This document shows positions 26,340 to 39,128 of a stretch of 64,000 nt of DNA, one piece after another; positions within the stretch are counted from its first letter, which is position 1; every line of letters starts with the position of its first letter. The stretch is from assembly GCF_009914755.1 (NCBI RefSeq), contig NC_060933.1, one strand, 5' to 3'. Origin of the DNA: the human T2T-CHM13v2.0 reference genome, Homo sapiens. The position numbers were made by a program, and so were the translations under genes. The notes under the pieces were generated by a model that saw nothing but the letters and a program-made list of their open reading frames with translations, made no database searches and had not been told where the DNA came from.

Positions 26340-28720
26340 CAATACCTGTAATAACTGTAACCATCACCAAAGCCTCAATTTTAAGTCTTCTACTGTGACC
26401 ATCACTTCCTATTCTAACTATTCACTTACGTTGGTACCTTCATGATACTTTCTCAACTTCATCAAGACCTTTGATCCATTTGACTCCTTTTCATTACCAC
26501 CATTTTTCTCTGTTCATTTCCCTTCTCACTCCACTCACGGTCTATGGTCTATCACTTTAGCCCCTTCCTTGCTGACCTCTGCAGGTCCTTTTCCCATCTT
26601 CCTCCTCTCTCCTCTCTTGACAAACCCCAAACAGTGGTTGAGCTTATCCAGTCTTCTTTTCCATCTCCACATTTAAGCAATTAAATGTTGACAGAGAGGT
26701 ACCCAACTGGCCAGATGGATTTCTTTTCAAATTTATGGCAACATATAGCAATGAATATGCGACACTGCTTGACAATGTTTCCTAATATCTTGATGATTTC
26801 TATTTCACTAGAATAACTATTTTCTAAAACAATGACTTCACATCATCTCTTCTTCCCTGAAATTTATCCCATTTCTCCCCTAACATTACTAGCAGTAAAT
26901 AACCTGGCTTCATATTTTGTTTAGAAGATAGCATCTGAAAGAGTGCCCCAGCTCATCTTCCCACCACTGGCTGTGCCATCTCTTTATCTCTGCCCATCTT
27001 CTCAAACTTCCCTCTATGACAGTGCTTCCACTATGTCCCTGCTCTGAGCAGTGGCCACCTTGAACTCTACTTGTGAGGGTCTCTTTGCCCATTGTGGGAC
27101 TTTGCTCCATTAGTTGTTCCCTCTCTCTTGCATTATCAACTGCTCCTTCATTCCTAGCCATTTCTGTAGCATGTGAACATGTTCTGGTAGCTCTTTTCCT
27201 AAAACAAGCAAGCAAACAAATATTTTTTAAAAAGGAATTAAAGAAAAAGGAAATCGTTTGAATCCTCATACCCCTCTAGCTTCTACTTACCCATCACCTG
27301 CCCCTCTCTCCAAAAAGCAAATTTCTTTTTCAAGGGATTGTTGCTATGGTCTGAGTGTTCATGTATCCCCAAAATTCATATGTTGAAACTTAATCACCAA
27401 TGTAATGGTCATGGGGGCAGAGCCCTCATGAGTGGGATTATTGCCCGTGAAGGTGCCGTCCGTGAGAAAGTGGGCCCTGATCAGACACCTAATCTGCCAC
27501 CAGTGCCTTGATCTTGGACTTTCAAGCTTCCAGAACTGTGATAAATACATTTCTGTTGCTTATAAGCCACTCAGTTTTTGGTATGTTGTTGTAGCAGCTC
27601 GAGTAGACTAAGACAGTTGTCCATACTTTCTGTTTTGACTTTAGATCACTTCCCATTCATCCTTCCTTCTAGGCAATAAGGCTTTGGCCCCTCATAGAAG
27701 CACTTCCCTTTCCTGTGGCTTTTAGGACAAGTCACTGCCTGGTTTGTTCTTGCCTCTTGGGTTACTCCTTTCAGTTTCCTTTTTGATGCCTCCTTCTCTT
27801 TTTCAATCTGCTTATGTGAGAGTTGCTCAAGGTACCTCTAACACTTCTCGTCTCTGTAAGATCACCTTTGGGTGACCTTATTCAGTTCCAGAGCTTTAAT
27901 TAAATGTTGTCTCTATGTTCACAATTCCCATGCCTCTTTCTTCAGCGCTGACCTTGCCCTAAATTTAGTCTTGTATTTCCACTTGTATCTTTCATATCTC
28001 CAGGTCTGTGTGAGAGGAATTTCATACTTCACTCAAAATGTAACACTGGCTTTCATCCCAGATTTGCTCCTACCTCACCCCAGTCTTCAATATCTCAACA
28101 AATGGCTCCACTGTTTGCTCAAGCCCCAAACTTGAGTTGTCCCTGGTTCCTCCTTTCCCATCACTCCCCTACAATTAATACACGAGGGATTTCTGTCAGT
28201 TCCACTTCCAAAGTGCATCTTGCATTTATCTACACTCAATCTCTATTGGTGATGCCTTACCTGAGCCACCATCTCCTCTCATCTGTAATTTTTTCAGAAG
28301 CTTCCTGGGGGTTTTTTTGTTTTTTGTTTTTTTTTACTTTTTTTTCCCCCCTGCAACTCATTCTCCATCAAGCAGTCAGGGTAATATTTTTAAAACATAA
28401 ACTATGTCACACTACACCCTTCACAGACTTACTGTGTCACTGAGGGGAAAGAAAAACTAAAAAGAAAACTCCTTACCATGATGGTTCTAGCCATGCATGA
28501 TCTAGCTTCTTCCTTACACTCCATTGTATCTCATTCCATTCTTTTCCTCATTCACTGAGTGCCAGCCACTGGGTTTTTGTTCTTTGAATATGCCAAGCTC
28601 ATTCCCACCACAGGACCTTTGCAACTATGATCTTCTTTTGCCTGGATTGCTGTGCCCCTGGCTTTTCATGGATGGCTTCTCCTTTCCAGCTCTTCTGTTG
28701 AAATGCTCCACCCTCAGAGA
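26340..28720 (+). mobile_element. Long L2 LINE body, interrupted by MLT1A
   Basis: Pyrimidine-rich L2 ORF2/3' motifs (caaaccccaaacagtggttga; ctcaacaaatggctccac; caagcagtcagggtaatatttttaaaacataaac; ccacaggacctttgca). Confidence 0.75.
27342..27615 (+). mobile_element. MLT1A-like solo LTR with internal deletion
   Basis: tgctatggtctgagtgtt...ccccaaaattcatatgttgaaac...gactaagaca; TSD attgt/gttgt. Confidence 0.9.
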
Positions 28721-28810
28721 GGATGATAATTGTACTTATTTTAGGAAGTTGTGTTGTAAGGATTAAATGAGATAATATAGTAAGTGCTTCATAAATGTTA
28801 TCATTTGTTG
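28720..28810 (+). mobile_element. MIR 3' fragment
   Basis: gttgtaaggattaaatgagataat...aagtgctt...ataaatgtta. Confidence 0.7.
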
Positions 28811-30717
28811 TTGTTGCTGCTGTTGTAGGCTGAATGCACTGGCATCTTTGTCCATTCATGGTCTTTTCCACTGAGCCTGTTTCACCCATTTACACCCATG
28901 TTTTGGTACTCAGCATTCAGACTCTACCCAGTCCCTGTTGATCTATCTTCTCTCTCAGAACTGATTCCTCAACTTCCCCTCATTTGAGCTCCACCCTCTG
29001 CCCTTAACTGATAACTTTGTTTGACTGGCTTTCTTGTCCATGTCGTTGAATGGTCTCCCTTGTATATAACTTTTCATATGATACGTTAAAGGCACTGCAC
29101 TTTCACGCTCCCCTGGCCCTCCCGGATCATCAGGACATGAGACCTTCCCTGCTTAGTGAAGAATGATTGTGGAGGACCCTTGTCCTTGGTGCTACAAGTG
29201 GACTTTCATCAATTCCTTAAATCTTTAGTATTGAGCTGGAATAACATGGCGGTGGCACCATGTGTTGGGGTGGGAAATGACATGGCCTTACATGGACTAG
29301 AGGGTACCCAGCCATCCAGGTGGTATCGAAAGAAAGGGGACTATGTTTGTTTGTTGAGGTAGCTTTTTATGTCTTGGCTCCCTTCTCTCTTTCTCCAAAT
29401 CTCCTTCTGCCTCATTGTTGGCAGAAATTGGGTGGTGGCCTTGTCTGGAATCTGACCCATTAGATTCTTACACATAATTGGAACCAGACACAGTATGGAT
29501 TCTTTGCCCTTGTTTGAGCATATAGCAAATGATCCCATATTCACGCAGTGTTGCTATAATCCAGAAAATAATCAGGCATTTCCTGGTGCATTGGAGGGTA
29601 ATTCATCTGGCCTTCTCCCAGGAAGTTATCCAACCCCTTTTCTGTTGAGATGTTCTTCATTGTTTTTCAGTTATCTTCAAGCATCCTCATTTTGTCCTGT
29701 GTTTCCATTTAAAACTTCAGATTTTTCCAGGAGAATAATCCTCAACCAATTTTCTTGGTTGTCAGTGGCTGAGATGAAGCATCACTGGCAGTAAACGAAC
29801 GCAGCTGAAGCTCCCAGAAAATTCTTCATGTGGCATTTACTGCTTGTTGGGATTTCCAGAACAGCATGCTGCCATTCTTTAGTGAATGTAATGTGCTGTG
29901 CCGTGGACTCATTGTGAATGAAGAATTACTGAGACTTCTGAGTTTTCTCAGAAATGGCATTGCTTACTATGCACATGTAGTTAGAGTGTATGAGGATCAG
30001 GAATGCGAGTTTTATCCACCACAGGCTCCACACACCGTGTTCAAATGGTGAATTCCTGGTTAATTTTCTCACTCTGGCTCTGTGAAAACTCTTAGCTCTG
30101 AACTGCTGCAGTTCTTTAAAAGATTCCCTGGCAGTCCCAGAAACCAGGAAAGATTTAATTTCAAACAAGAATTTTGGTGTTTGTATCACTGAGTCCTTTA
30201 TTTAATTACAATAACACATTGTTTAAGTTAGCTTTCTTTTGAAAAAATAAGGGTTTAAATGAAGGGGAAAATATTATGTCAAACTAGACAAAGTTTTGAG
30301 AGGCTGAAAATGATTCCCCTTCCCCAAAGACAATTCTAAAGCCTTCATGAGCCCTCTCTCCTACTGGTCCATTTGTTCAAGCTGTGGCATTAATCTAGGA
30401 GCAGTTTCTCTACCCCTTTACTTGAGTTAGGTCTAAAAGAGAAGTACTTTCTAGAGCCCAGGCAGGCATCAAATCAGCGTCCTACAGGGCTCGAAGGAGT
30501 TCTTTTAGATTTATAAGGAGTGAATGTTTATAAAATTCTGAGGCCATCAGTTTCCCTACCTTGAAAACATCAGTTTTAGCAGGCTATATTAACCATATCT
30601 TTATATTCCAGGAGAAAATTTGTAGTGGTTAACTGTAGCCCATCAAATGATGGAAAGACAGACCAGAATTCAAGAAGTAGTGGTTATAAGAACTCATTGT
30701 TAGATCAATTCTCCACC

Positions 30718-31025
30718 TTTTTTTTTTTTTTTTTTTTTTTTTTGAAAGACGGAGTCTCGCTCTGTCACCCAGGCTGGAGTGCAGTGGCGCAATCTGGCTC
30801 ACTGCAAGCTCCGCCTCCCGGGTTCATGCCATTCTCCTGCCTCAGCCTCCCGAGTAACTGGGACTACAGGCGCCCACCACTACACCCGGCTAATTTTTTG
30901 TATTTTTAGTAGAGGCAGAGTTTCACCGCATTAGCCAGGATGGTCTCAGTCTTCTGACCTCGTGATCCACCCACCTTGGCCCCTCAAAGTGCTGGGATTA
31001 CAGGCGTGAGCCACTGTGCCCAGCC
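30718..31025 (-). mobile_element. AluY
   Basis: gcaagctccgcctcccgggttcatgccattctcc diagnostic; 15-bp TSD tcaattctccacctt (30705) / tcaattctccatctt (31026). Confidence 0.96.
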
Positions 31026-31534
31026 TCAATTCTCCATCTTTCCTTGCCTTCTTTCCTCCTTACCTTTTCCCTCCCTCCGTCCTTTCCTTCCTTCCATGTT
31101 AAAAGTTGTCTTCAAGATGGGTAGAGTTGGTAGATTTGGGGACACTGAGGGCTAACCTTTATTTTAAAAGCCCTCTTCACCCCAAGCCAAGTTCAAGGCA
31201 AAGCAATAGAAATGTGTCCCAGTCGCCCTTGAAGTTTGGCTTGATTTACTTATGTCCTGCAGTGGCCACTTGAACAGGAGGCTTCCAGACTAGGTACAGA
31301 GACTTAAGTGAAACTTTCTGTTTGAGTTCTGCTGCTGTGCGACTCCTGATGACTCAGCCTTGCTCCCTTGGTGAGGCTGTGCTGGCAGCAAGGCTGTGTA
31401 GCTAAGCCAAACAGTTGCCACAAAATTCATCTTTATTGCCCCTTTCCTTATAGTGCAGAAATGTGGAGTTGACAGAGTAATCACATCAGACATCTACGTG
31501 TTTGACAGCTGTCATGGACGATCTTTCTAGTCCA

Positions 31535-32070
31535 GAACATTCAGCAAATATTTATGAAGTGCCCAAGTAGAAATTTGCATGGCAAAGAGCTGGGGTTGAA
31601 AATGAATTATGCCCACAAGAAGCTTATAAATTAGTGCAGGGATAAAAAGATCTCCAAGATGAGGGCGGGAAGTGGTATGTGCCTTAAGAGGAGAGCAGAG
31701 AAAAGAGAGGAAGATATAAGGGTGGAGCAAGGGGAGGTTGATTTTGGTTGGAAAAACCAGGGAAAGCTTCTTGTAAAATGTGGCAATTAAACTTTCCCAG
31801 CAGACTAGGTAGAATTTGCACATCTACAACTGGCTTGTACACAGATTATAAGTTAGGGCAGCCATCCAGAAGGCACACAGAGAAAATGTAGGAGAGAGAG
31901 AAATAGGAGTCCAGTTTGCAGTGTTCGTGCAGGAAGGAAACATTGGCTGGGGAGGTCAGTTGAGAGCAGACAGCAATGGGTCTTGGCTACCAGGCAAAGG
32001 AATTGAAGCAATAGAAATGTCGGGAGAATAATTTGGGAAAGTTCAGGCAGACTGGAAAAGTGGATTCATG
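31535..32070 (-). mobile_element. L2 fragment
   Basis: cattcagcaaatatttatgaagtgcc; agggaaagcttcttgtaaaatgtggcaatt. Confidence 0.6.
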
Positions 32071-32254
32071 TTGAGTTGTCTGGGTCTGGGATCCTCAATG
32101 AAATCTTTCATCTCTATCTTGTGGGGAACCGAAATTGCCACCTTAGGTAGCATCTTACTCTAGCCATCTTCTTATATTTGGCCAGACTTCTTTCCTTGCA
32201 CAAGACAAGCCCTTAACATGCTGCTCTAACTTTCCCATTTGTCATGATACTTAG

Positions 32255-32890
32255 GCAATAAAGCTGCGGGTTGCTGAGAGCCTGCCATGTGCCAGGCACC
32301 TTGGTAAGTTTGTCACATGTATCATCTTTTTAAATTTTCTCCCAAATCTGACGTGGAAAATGTTCCCCCTCGCCCCCCTTTTCTTTTCAGGCAAGGAAGC
32401 TTGAGTCCTAGTGTAGTTAACCATGTCCTAAGACAACCCAGCCTCTAAGTGACAGAAAAGTGATTTGCCCCATTGTATTCTGTTCTTTATTCTATGCAAG
32501 CACTCAGAGCTCTTAATGTTGATAAATAAATAATAACAGCTGACAATGCATGTGCTCAACATACCACATGCAGTCACTCACAAAAATAACATGAAGTCCT
32601 TTTACTGTTTTTCTCATTTTACACATGAGAAAACTGTCTTAAAGATTTATATAATTTCCCCCAAATCACAAAGTTACCAGGTGGCAAAAGCCAAGATTTG
32701 AATCCAAGTTTAAAGCACATGGTCTTTACTCCTTTATTATAATTGATTACTAGTCTTGTTAGCACAGGGACCAGAGTCTAGCAGAGTGCCAGGCACATGG
32801 TGGGCACATACATGTTTTTAAATGTTCTATGAACAAAATAATGCAAATGAATTAGGGAGGAGATGAAATAAAGAATGAATGAATGAGTCT
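32255..32890. mobile_element. Cluster of two minus-strand MIR fragments and a plus-strand L2 3' end
   Basis: tgccatgtgccaggcac; cattttacacatgagaaaactg...gatttgaatcc; tctagcagagtgccaggcacatggtgggcac...gaatgaatgaatga. Confidence 0.65.
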
Positions 32891-33097
32891 GGGTATGACA
32901 CCAAGCCTGAGTTCTTGATATGGTCCTTCACACTATGTACAAATTTTGGTGAACTACTATCAACAGCACAGACGATATGGCCTGGTTCTGACTGTGTGGT
33001 CCATACAGCTGGGCTCTCCACAGGCATGGAATTGCGGTCAACTGCTAAATACTTGCTTTTTAGTCAGTTATGCTTTACCTATAGAAAGACACTTCTG

Positions 33098-33400
33098 GGC
33101 TGGGCGTTGTGGTTCATGGCTGTAATGCTAGGACTTCGGGAAGCCAAAGCAGGCTGATCACTTGAGCCCAGGAGTTCGAGACCAGCCTGGGCAACATGGC
33201 GAAGCCTATCTCTACAAAAAATACAAGAATTACTTGGTCCTGGTGGCAAGCACCTGTAGTTCAGCTACTTGCGGGGCTGGGGCAGGAGGATCAGCTGAGC
33301 CTGGGAAGTCGAGGATGTAGTGAGCTGTGATCACGCCAGCCTGGGTGACAGAGCAAGACTCTGTCTCAAAACAAAAAACAAACAAATAACAACAAAAAAA
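33098..33400 (+). mobile_element. AluJ
   Basis: cttgagcccaggagttcgag and gtgagctgtgatcacgcc J-type motifs; A-rich tail. Confidence 0.93.
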
Positions 33401-33540
33401 CTAGGTACATAGCATGCTTTAATATAAAATAATTCAATTAACAGCAATATGTAAATAATCCCAAATATTTAGGAAACTTTAGCAAGATTTTTGTTTTGTT
33501 TTTAACCAAATTTCACCTTTTATCAGTTCCTACCACTGAA

Positions 33541-34010
33541 TTTTTAAAAATGAACTTTTACATTCAGAATAGTTTTAGATGTATAGAAAATCTGCAAAAA
33601 TGGTACAGAGAGTTTCCATGTACCCCCTATCCAGTTTCCCCTGTTGTTAACATCTTACATTACTGTGGTCACAGCTAAGGAACCAACACTGGTACTTTGT
33701 TAATTAGACGCCATACTTCATTAAAATTTCATTAGCTTTTCCCAATGCTTTTTTTTTGTTTCAGGATCCGGGGCACCATATTATACTTAGCTGTTGTGTC
33801 TCTTTAGACTCTTCTGGTCTAAGTCAGTTTCTCAGACTTTCCTTGTTTTCCATCAATTGAAAACATTGAGAAGGGCTGGTCAGGTATTTTGTAGAATGTT
33901 CTTGGATTTGGGTTTGTCTGATGTTCTTCTCATAGTTAGCCTAGGATTATGGGTTGTGAGAGGAAGACCACAGAGGTAAAAAGTGCCAATCTCATTACAT
34001 CATATCAAGA
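33541..34010 (-). mobile_element. L1MC/MD 3'UTR fragment
   Basis: tacagagagtttccatgtacccc...ccagtttcccctgttgttaacatcttacat...ggaagaccacagaggtaa. Confidence 0.82.
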
Positions 34011-34155
34011 CTACCACTACATTTTTAAAGCGAAAGCTTTAATTCTTTCACTTTTGGTGGTGATAGTGCCACATTACTGTAGTTTTGCTGATGGCTTTCA
34101 CTGAGTCTCACCGGAGAGAGCAAACTCTCCTGCTGGCTTATGAGTTCATAGCTAA

Positions 34156-34506
<351 letters not shown>

Positions 34507-34658
34507 TAGCAAAACATTTCGCAAAGGAGGAGTTCTACTTGTTCAGTTTTGCCTAACCTGGATAAGACAATCTTGGCTGTACTAATCAGGTAAGTTTCAC
34601 CCAGTTGCAGTATAGAAGAATGTTTTTCTTGTGGCTGTGAACAGGTAAATGGAGACAT

Positions 34659-35042
34659 TTCTTTTCTGCTTTTATTTTTCTTCCTCTTTTTTTCTTATTT
34701 CTTTTTTTCTTTCTTTTTCTCTTTTTTCTCCTCCTCCTCCTCTCCCTACTTTCCCTCCTCCTCCTTCTTCTTTTCTTCTTCCTCTTCTTCTTCCTCTTCC
34801 TCCTCTTCTTCCTCTTCCTCTTCCTCCTCCTCTTCCTCTTCCTCCTCCTCTTCCTCTTCCTCTTCTTTTTCTTCCTTTTTCCTTCTCCTCCTCTTCCTCC
34901 TCCTCCTCCTCTTCTTCTGCTGCTGCTGCTTCTTCTTCCTCTTCCTCTTCCTCTTCTTCTTCTTCCTCTTCTTTTCTTTTTCCTTCTCCTCCTTCTCTTC
35001 CTCCTCTTCTTTCTCCTTTTTTTCTTTCTTCTTTTTTCCCTT
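34659..35042 (+). repeat. Polypyrimidine low-complexity tract (CTT/CCT/CTTCCT mosaic)
   Basis: ~380 bp almost purely C/T; explains the Lys/Arg-rich and Pro/Ser-rich ORFs. Confidence 0.97.
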
Positions 35043-35824
35043 ACATTTCTAATTCTTAATGGTGCAGCTGTCACCAAGGCCTTCATGGATGCCAGCAGGA
35101 AACAGCATTTATGTTGATGAGGCAGATGAAACTGAGCTTATGGGGCAAAGTCATAGGGGAAAATTATAAATATGTATCTGCAATCATATTTTTAGTAGAT
35201 GGTCCCCAAATTCCATATTCGATTTTTTTCAGTAAAGATGCACTCTAACTTGTCTTTGTTTGGAGTCATGCACTGCTGTCTGGACACTGAAGCCAGCCTC
35301 TGTCATGGACTTGTCTGTGCTCACACTTCCCTGTGTCTTCTCTGGGAGGGTGCTGCTGGAGCTGGGCCCTGGCTCGAGAACCAAGATCCATGATCTCCAT
35401 TCAAAACTACTTTGCAGTTGGGTTTCAGTCAGGTTTTATCCATATTTGTTAAACATTTTAAAATGGTTATAAGTTTCAGGAAAGCCAGTAAGTCTCAGAT
35501 AGATAGAAAATATCAAGGCAATTTCCAAATGACAGTAATCATTATTGTTCTTTAGGAGGCCACATGGAACAAATTTATTCTGGAGTTTGTCTCACTAAAT
35601 TTTCTTTTGTTTATTTGTATGTATGTATGTATGTACTTAGCGTGTGTCTCTTTTAGACAGAATATAACTCCTGAAAGGCAAAATAGCATCAGACTTTATT
35701 GTAGATCTTGGCTTAAGGTGCAGATGTTTTGGCTCAGTTAATAATCATTCTTTAACCTATTTTGAATTTTAGTTCATCAAGTAATAGGAAAATATGACAG
35801 TTTTTTGAATGTGTTCTTAGGGGA

Positions 35825-35874
35825 GGAGAGAGAAGAGTGAGAGCAAGCGAGAGAGAGAGAGAGTGAGAGAGAGA
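35825..35874 (+). repeat. Imperfect (GA)n
   Basis: gagagagaagagtgagagcaagcgagagagagag... Confidence 0.85.
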
Positions 35875-36639
35875 ATATTCTCCTTTGAAGATGAGTTCTG
35901 GGCAAAAAAGGGTCGATCTTGGGTTGGTTTTAAGACATTGCCATGAAAACATCCTTTTCCCGTAATCACTTCCTGCCTTGTCTTTCACCACATCTCTCCT
36001 CTCATTCTTTAACTCCTTTACCTAGTGTGGACCCACTGCTCAAGTTTGGGATGTGCTTTTCTGGCTGGTGTCCACGTCTTCCTCTGGATTGTCAGGCCTC
36101 AGAATGAGAAGTCTTAAAGGTCTCTTCCTTCCCGCTTTGCCACCACTGCTGGAGCCCCAAAGACTTTGGAGCTTAGCATTAACTCATCCTTTCAGGTCAA
36201 GCAGCACTGGCCTTTTAAAGTGGAAACTGCTTGCTTTGATGCATGGAAATGCACATTAATAGAATCTATCTGGGGAGGGATGGGGCCTATGCATGGGAAC
36301 AGTGCCCATCAGACACTATGCCCAGCCACAGTAGCTACTCTCCTGGGGAGGTGGTGTCTGAGCAGGTAGGAGGTAAGGCAGCCTGCAAGGGAGGGGTTTG
36401 GGGCAGCAGCAGACTTCTACCAATGGGCTAATGTGCTCTTACCTACTCCTGATAGGGTGGCCACACAAAGCCCTTTGGTTCTCTTGACCTTATAAACCAG
36501 GGAAGCCAAAAGTACCATCTCAGTCTGGCTCCTGATCACTACATGTGGTTGCCTAGAAGTGACTGAGAAAAGAAGAAGAAAAAAAAAAAAAAGGAAAAGG
36601 AGAAGAAGAAGGAAGAAGAAGCAGCTGCTGCTGTTGATT

Positions 36640-37195
36640 ATATATATTCAGTGCTTAAGTGACCGGGACTGTCTTGAGAATTTATAAACATCAACTCATT
36701 TAATTCATACAATTCCATCAGAGAGGAACTTTTGCTGTTTCCATTTTATGTTAGAGACCTAAAGTTCAAAGAAATTAACTACAGATTGAGTATCCCCTAT
36801 CCAGAATGCCTGGGACCAAAAGTGTTTAGGATTTTGAGCTATTTTTGGATTTTGGAATGCATGATGAGATATCTTGTGGAAGAGATTCTAAACACAAATT
36901 TCATTCAAGTTTCCTATAAACCTTATGCACATAGCCTGAAGGTAATTTTGTTTTTCCCTTGGGGATGCTGAATGAACTGTGTTGTTTGCCTGCATTTTGA
37001 TGGTGACCTGTCACATGAGATTAGATGTGAAAATTTCCACTTGTGTCATGTCAATGTTCACAAAATTTTAGATTTTGAAGCATTTTGGATTAGGGATGCC
37101 CAACCTATAACTTGTCCAAGATGATGTAGATAGAAAGAGGTATGACCAGGTTTCAAGCCAGGTTGGTCTGAGTTTTGAGCCTCTCTTAACAATTC
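36640..37195 (-). mobile_element. MIR split by a Tigger4 element
   Basis: aactcatttaattcatacaa...ccattttatg...aaagaaattaacta | acttgtccaag...ggtttcaagccagg. Confidence 0.7.
36782..37107. mobile_element. Tigger4/MER46 (TcMar-Tigger) MITE
   Basis: TIRs cagattgagtatccc / gggatgcccaaccta, TA target duplication on both sides. Confidence 0.88.
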
Positions 37196-37249
37196 TGTTA
37201 TATTAAGTTAAACAAACAAACAAAAACCTAATATCCAGGTGCTGAAGGA

Positions 37250-37496
37250 TATGTGTTATGGGTGTGTATTTGTTTTGCATATGTATGTATGCATGCATGT
37301 GTTTTTGTGCTCATGTGTATGTTGTGTATGTGCATGTCTTAGTGTATCCATGTGTGTTTTGCCTATGTGTATATACTTATGTGTGCATGTTTGTGCATGT
37401 GTGCTTGCATACATATGCATTAACTTGCATATCTGTACATATATATTTGTTGATATATGTGTTTTTGTGTACGTGTATGTATGCCTGTGCATGTGA
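37250..37496 (+). repeat. Degenerate (TG/TA/CA) alternating purine-pyrimidine repeat
   Basis: ~245 bp of tgtgtatgtgca-like units. Confidence 0.9.
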
Positions 37497-37786
37497 TTTT
37501 ATAGTACAGTAGAAAATACAGCTGAGAAAAAAACCTTGATAAAAATCAAGGCTCAGTGTTTAAATCATGTCCACACAGTTTCTATAGAAAATGGCTTTAG
37601 GATATACTAATCATAGCCCTGACTAAATGGCCTGTGGCCCCAGAGCAGAGTCAGCAGGAGGGATGCAGGTGGTGTAGAAGCCGTGCCTACTTTTAGCTGC
37701 CCATGAACTCCCACTTCATATGCTTCTGAATCCTGGGTTCTTTGGATACATTTATCTGGATTGAGATAATTTTCTTATTTTGGAAC

Positions 37787-38159
37787 TGTATTAGTCCATT
37801 TTTGTACTGCTGTGAAGAAATACCTGAGACTGGGTCACTTATAAAGAAAAAGAGATTTAAATAACTCACAGTTTTGCATGGCTGGGGAGGCCTCACAATC
37901 ATGGCAGAAAGCAAAGGAAGAACAAAGGCATGTCTTACATGGCAGCAGGCAAGAGAGAAGTGCGGAGTGAAGGAGGGGAAAAGCCCCATATAAAACCATC
38001 AGATCTCATGAGAACTCACTCACTACCACAAGAACAGCATGGAGGTAACTGCCCCCATGATTTAATTACCTCCCACTAGGTCCCTCCTATGACACATGGG
38101 GATTATGGGAATTACAGTTCAAGATGAGATTTGGGTGGGGACACAGCTAAACCATAACA
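37787..38159 (-). mobile_element. THE1 (C-like) solo LTR
   Basis: tgtattagtccatt...ggggaggcctcacaatcatggcagaa...gggacacagctaaaccataaca; TSD ggaac/gggac. Confidence 0.93.
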
Positions 38160-38603
38160 GGGACATTGCATTTCTTGAGTAAATTCAAGTGTGTTGTCTT
38201 CAGTTTATTTTGATTCTTCATTTGACTTAAAGCAAATGCATCCCTTTCCAGGACCATCCTGGTAAACATAGCCAGGTCTTCAGAAGTGCTTGTAAAACTG
38301 CATGAGGTCACTATGGGGATGGGGTGGCTCATGACTCTACTGTGGGTTTATGGAATGCCAAGTGGCAGAAACCTAAGACTATTCCTCATTTTCTTAAGCC
38401 AGTAGAAGCAATTATAACATGACTCATTATGGCAGGGGTTCATATGTGTCCTTGCCCCTCATAACCCAAGATGGCATCAGGTGGAGATGAGACAATGTCT
38501 GCTCCAAAAGGGGGTGTTTCTTTCCAATGTCTCTTTTAAATAGGGAGGACAGTTTTCCACAAAGCCACTCCATGGTTCAGGATTGGGTTACATAGCCATG
38601 AAA

Positions 38604-38840
38604 TAGAGTCAGCAAACTACTATAGCCCGTGGGCCAAATCTGGCTAGCCACTGTTTTTGTTCAGCTCACAAACTGAGAATGGTTTTTACATTTTTAAAGG
38701 ATAAGAAAAAATCAAAAGAAAATAAATATTTCATAACATACATAAAATCCAAGTTTCATTGTCCATCAATAAAGCGTTATTGTAATACAGCCACACCCAA
38801 TTGTTTATGTACTGATTAGGGCTGCTTTTGAGCAGCAGAG
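38604..38840 (+). mobile_element. MER58B-like (hAT-Charlie) fragment
   Basis: gtcagcaaactac...gcccgtgggccaaatctggc...gagaatggtttttacatttttaaagg...acagccacaccca. Confidence 0.8.
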
Positions 38841-39128
38841 CCAGAGACCCCTGTGCACTGTCCATGGAGCAGCCTGAGCAAAGCACCAAGCTGAGAAAGT
38901 GCGTGGGAGAGCAAAGTGTCTGATGCAGTTGGAAAAGACACTGAGGAGATTGGGTTAAGGTAAGATTTTGGAAGGCCTTGAGTGCTGAGCTGAAAAGGAA
39001 AACTTCGTCTTGTTGAAATGAAGGCTTTTGAGGAAGGATGAGCTGTCCTGAAATGTAACTTGATGAATATGACAGATAGGATAGAAGTCTGATGTGATAT
39101 GATTGATCTGTAATAGTGGTTAGCTCTG

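Noticed and set aside
34586-35086. 166-aa Lys/Arg-rich ORF (and 136-aa Pro/Ser ORF on the opposite strand) resembling a protamine or SR protein
   Set aside because: Translation of a stop-free polypurine/polypyrimidine simple repeat; no gene context
36570-36633. Purine run partly complementary to the 34.9-kb pyrimidine tract
   Set aside because: Low-complexity match of about 16 nt, expected by chance
37239-37512. Cys/Val- and His/Thr-rich ORFs
   Set aside because: Translations of a degenerate TG/TA microsatellite
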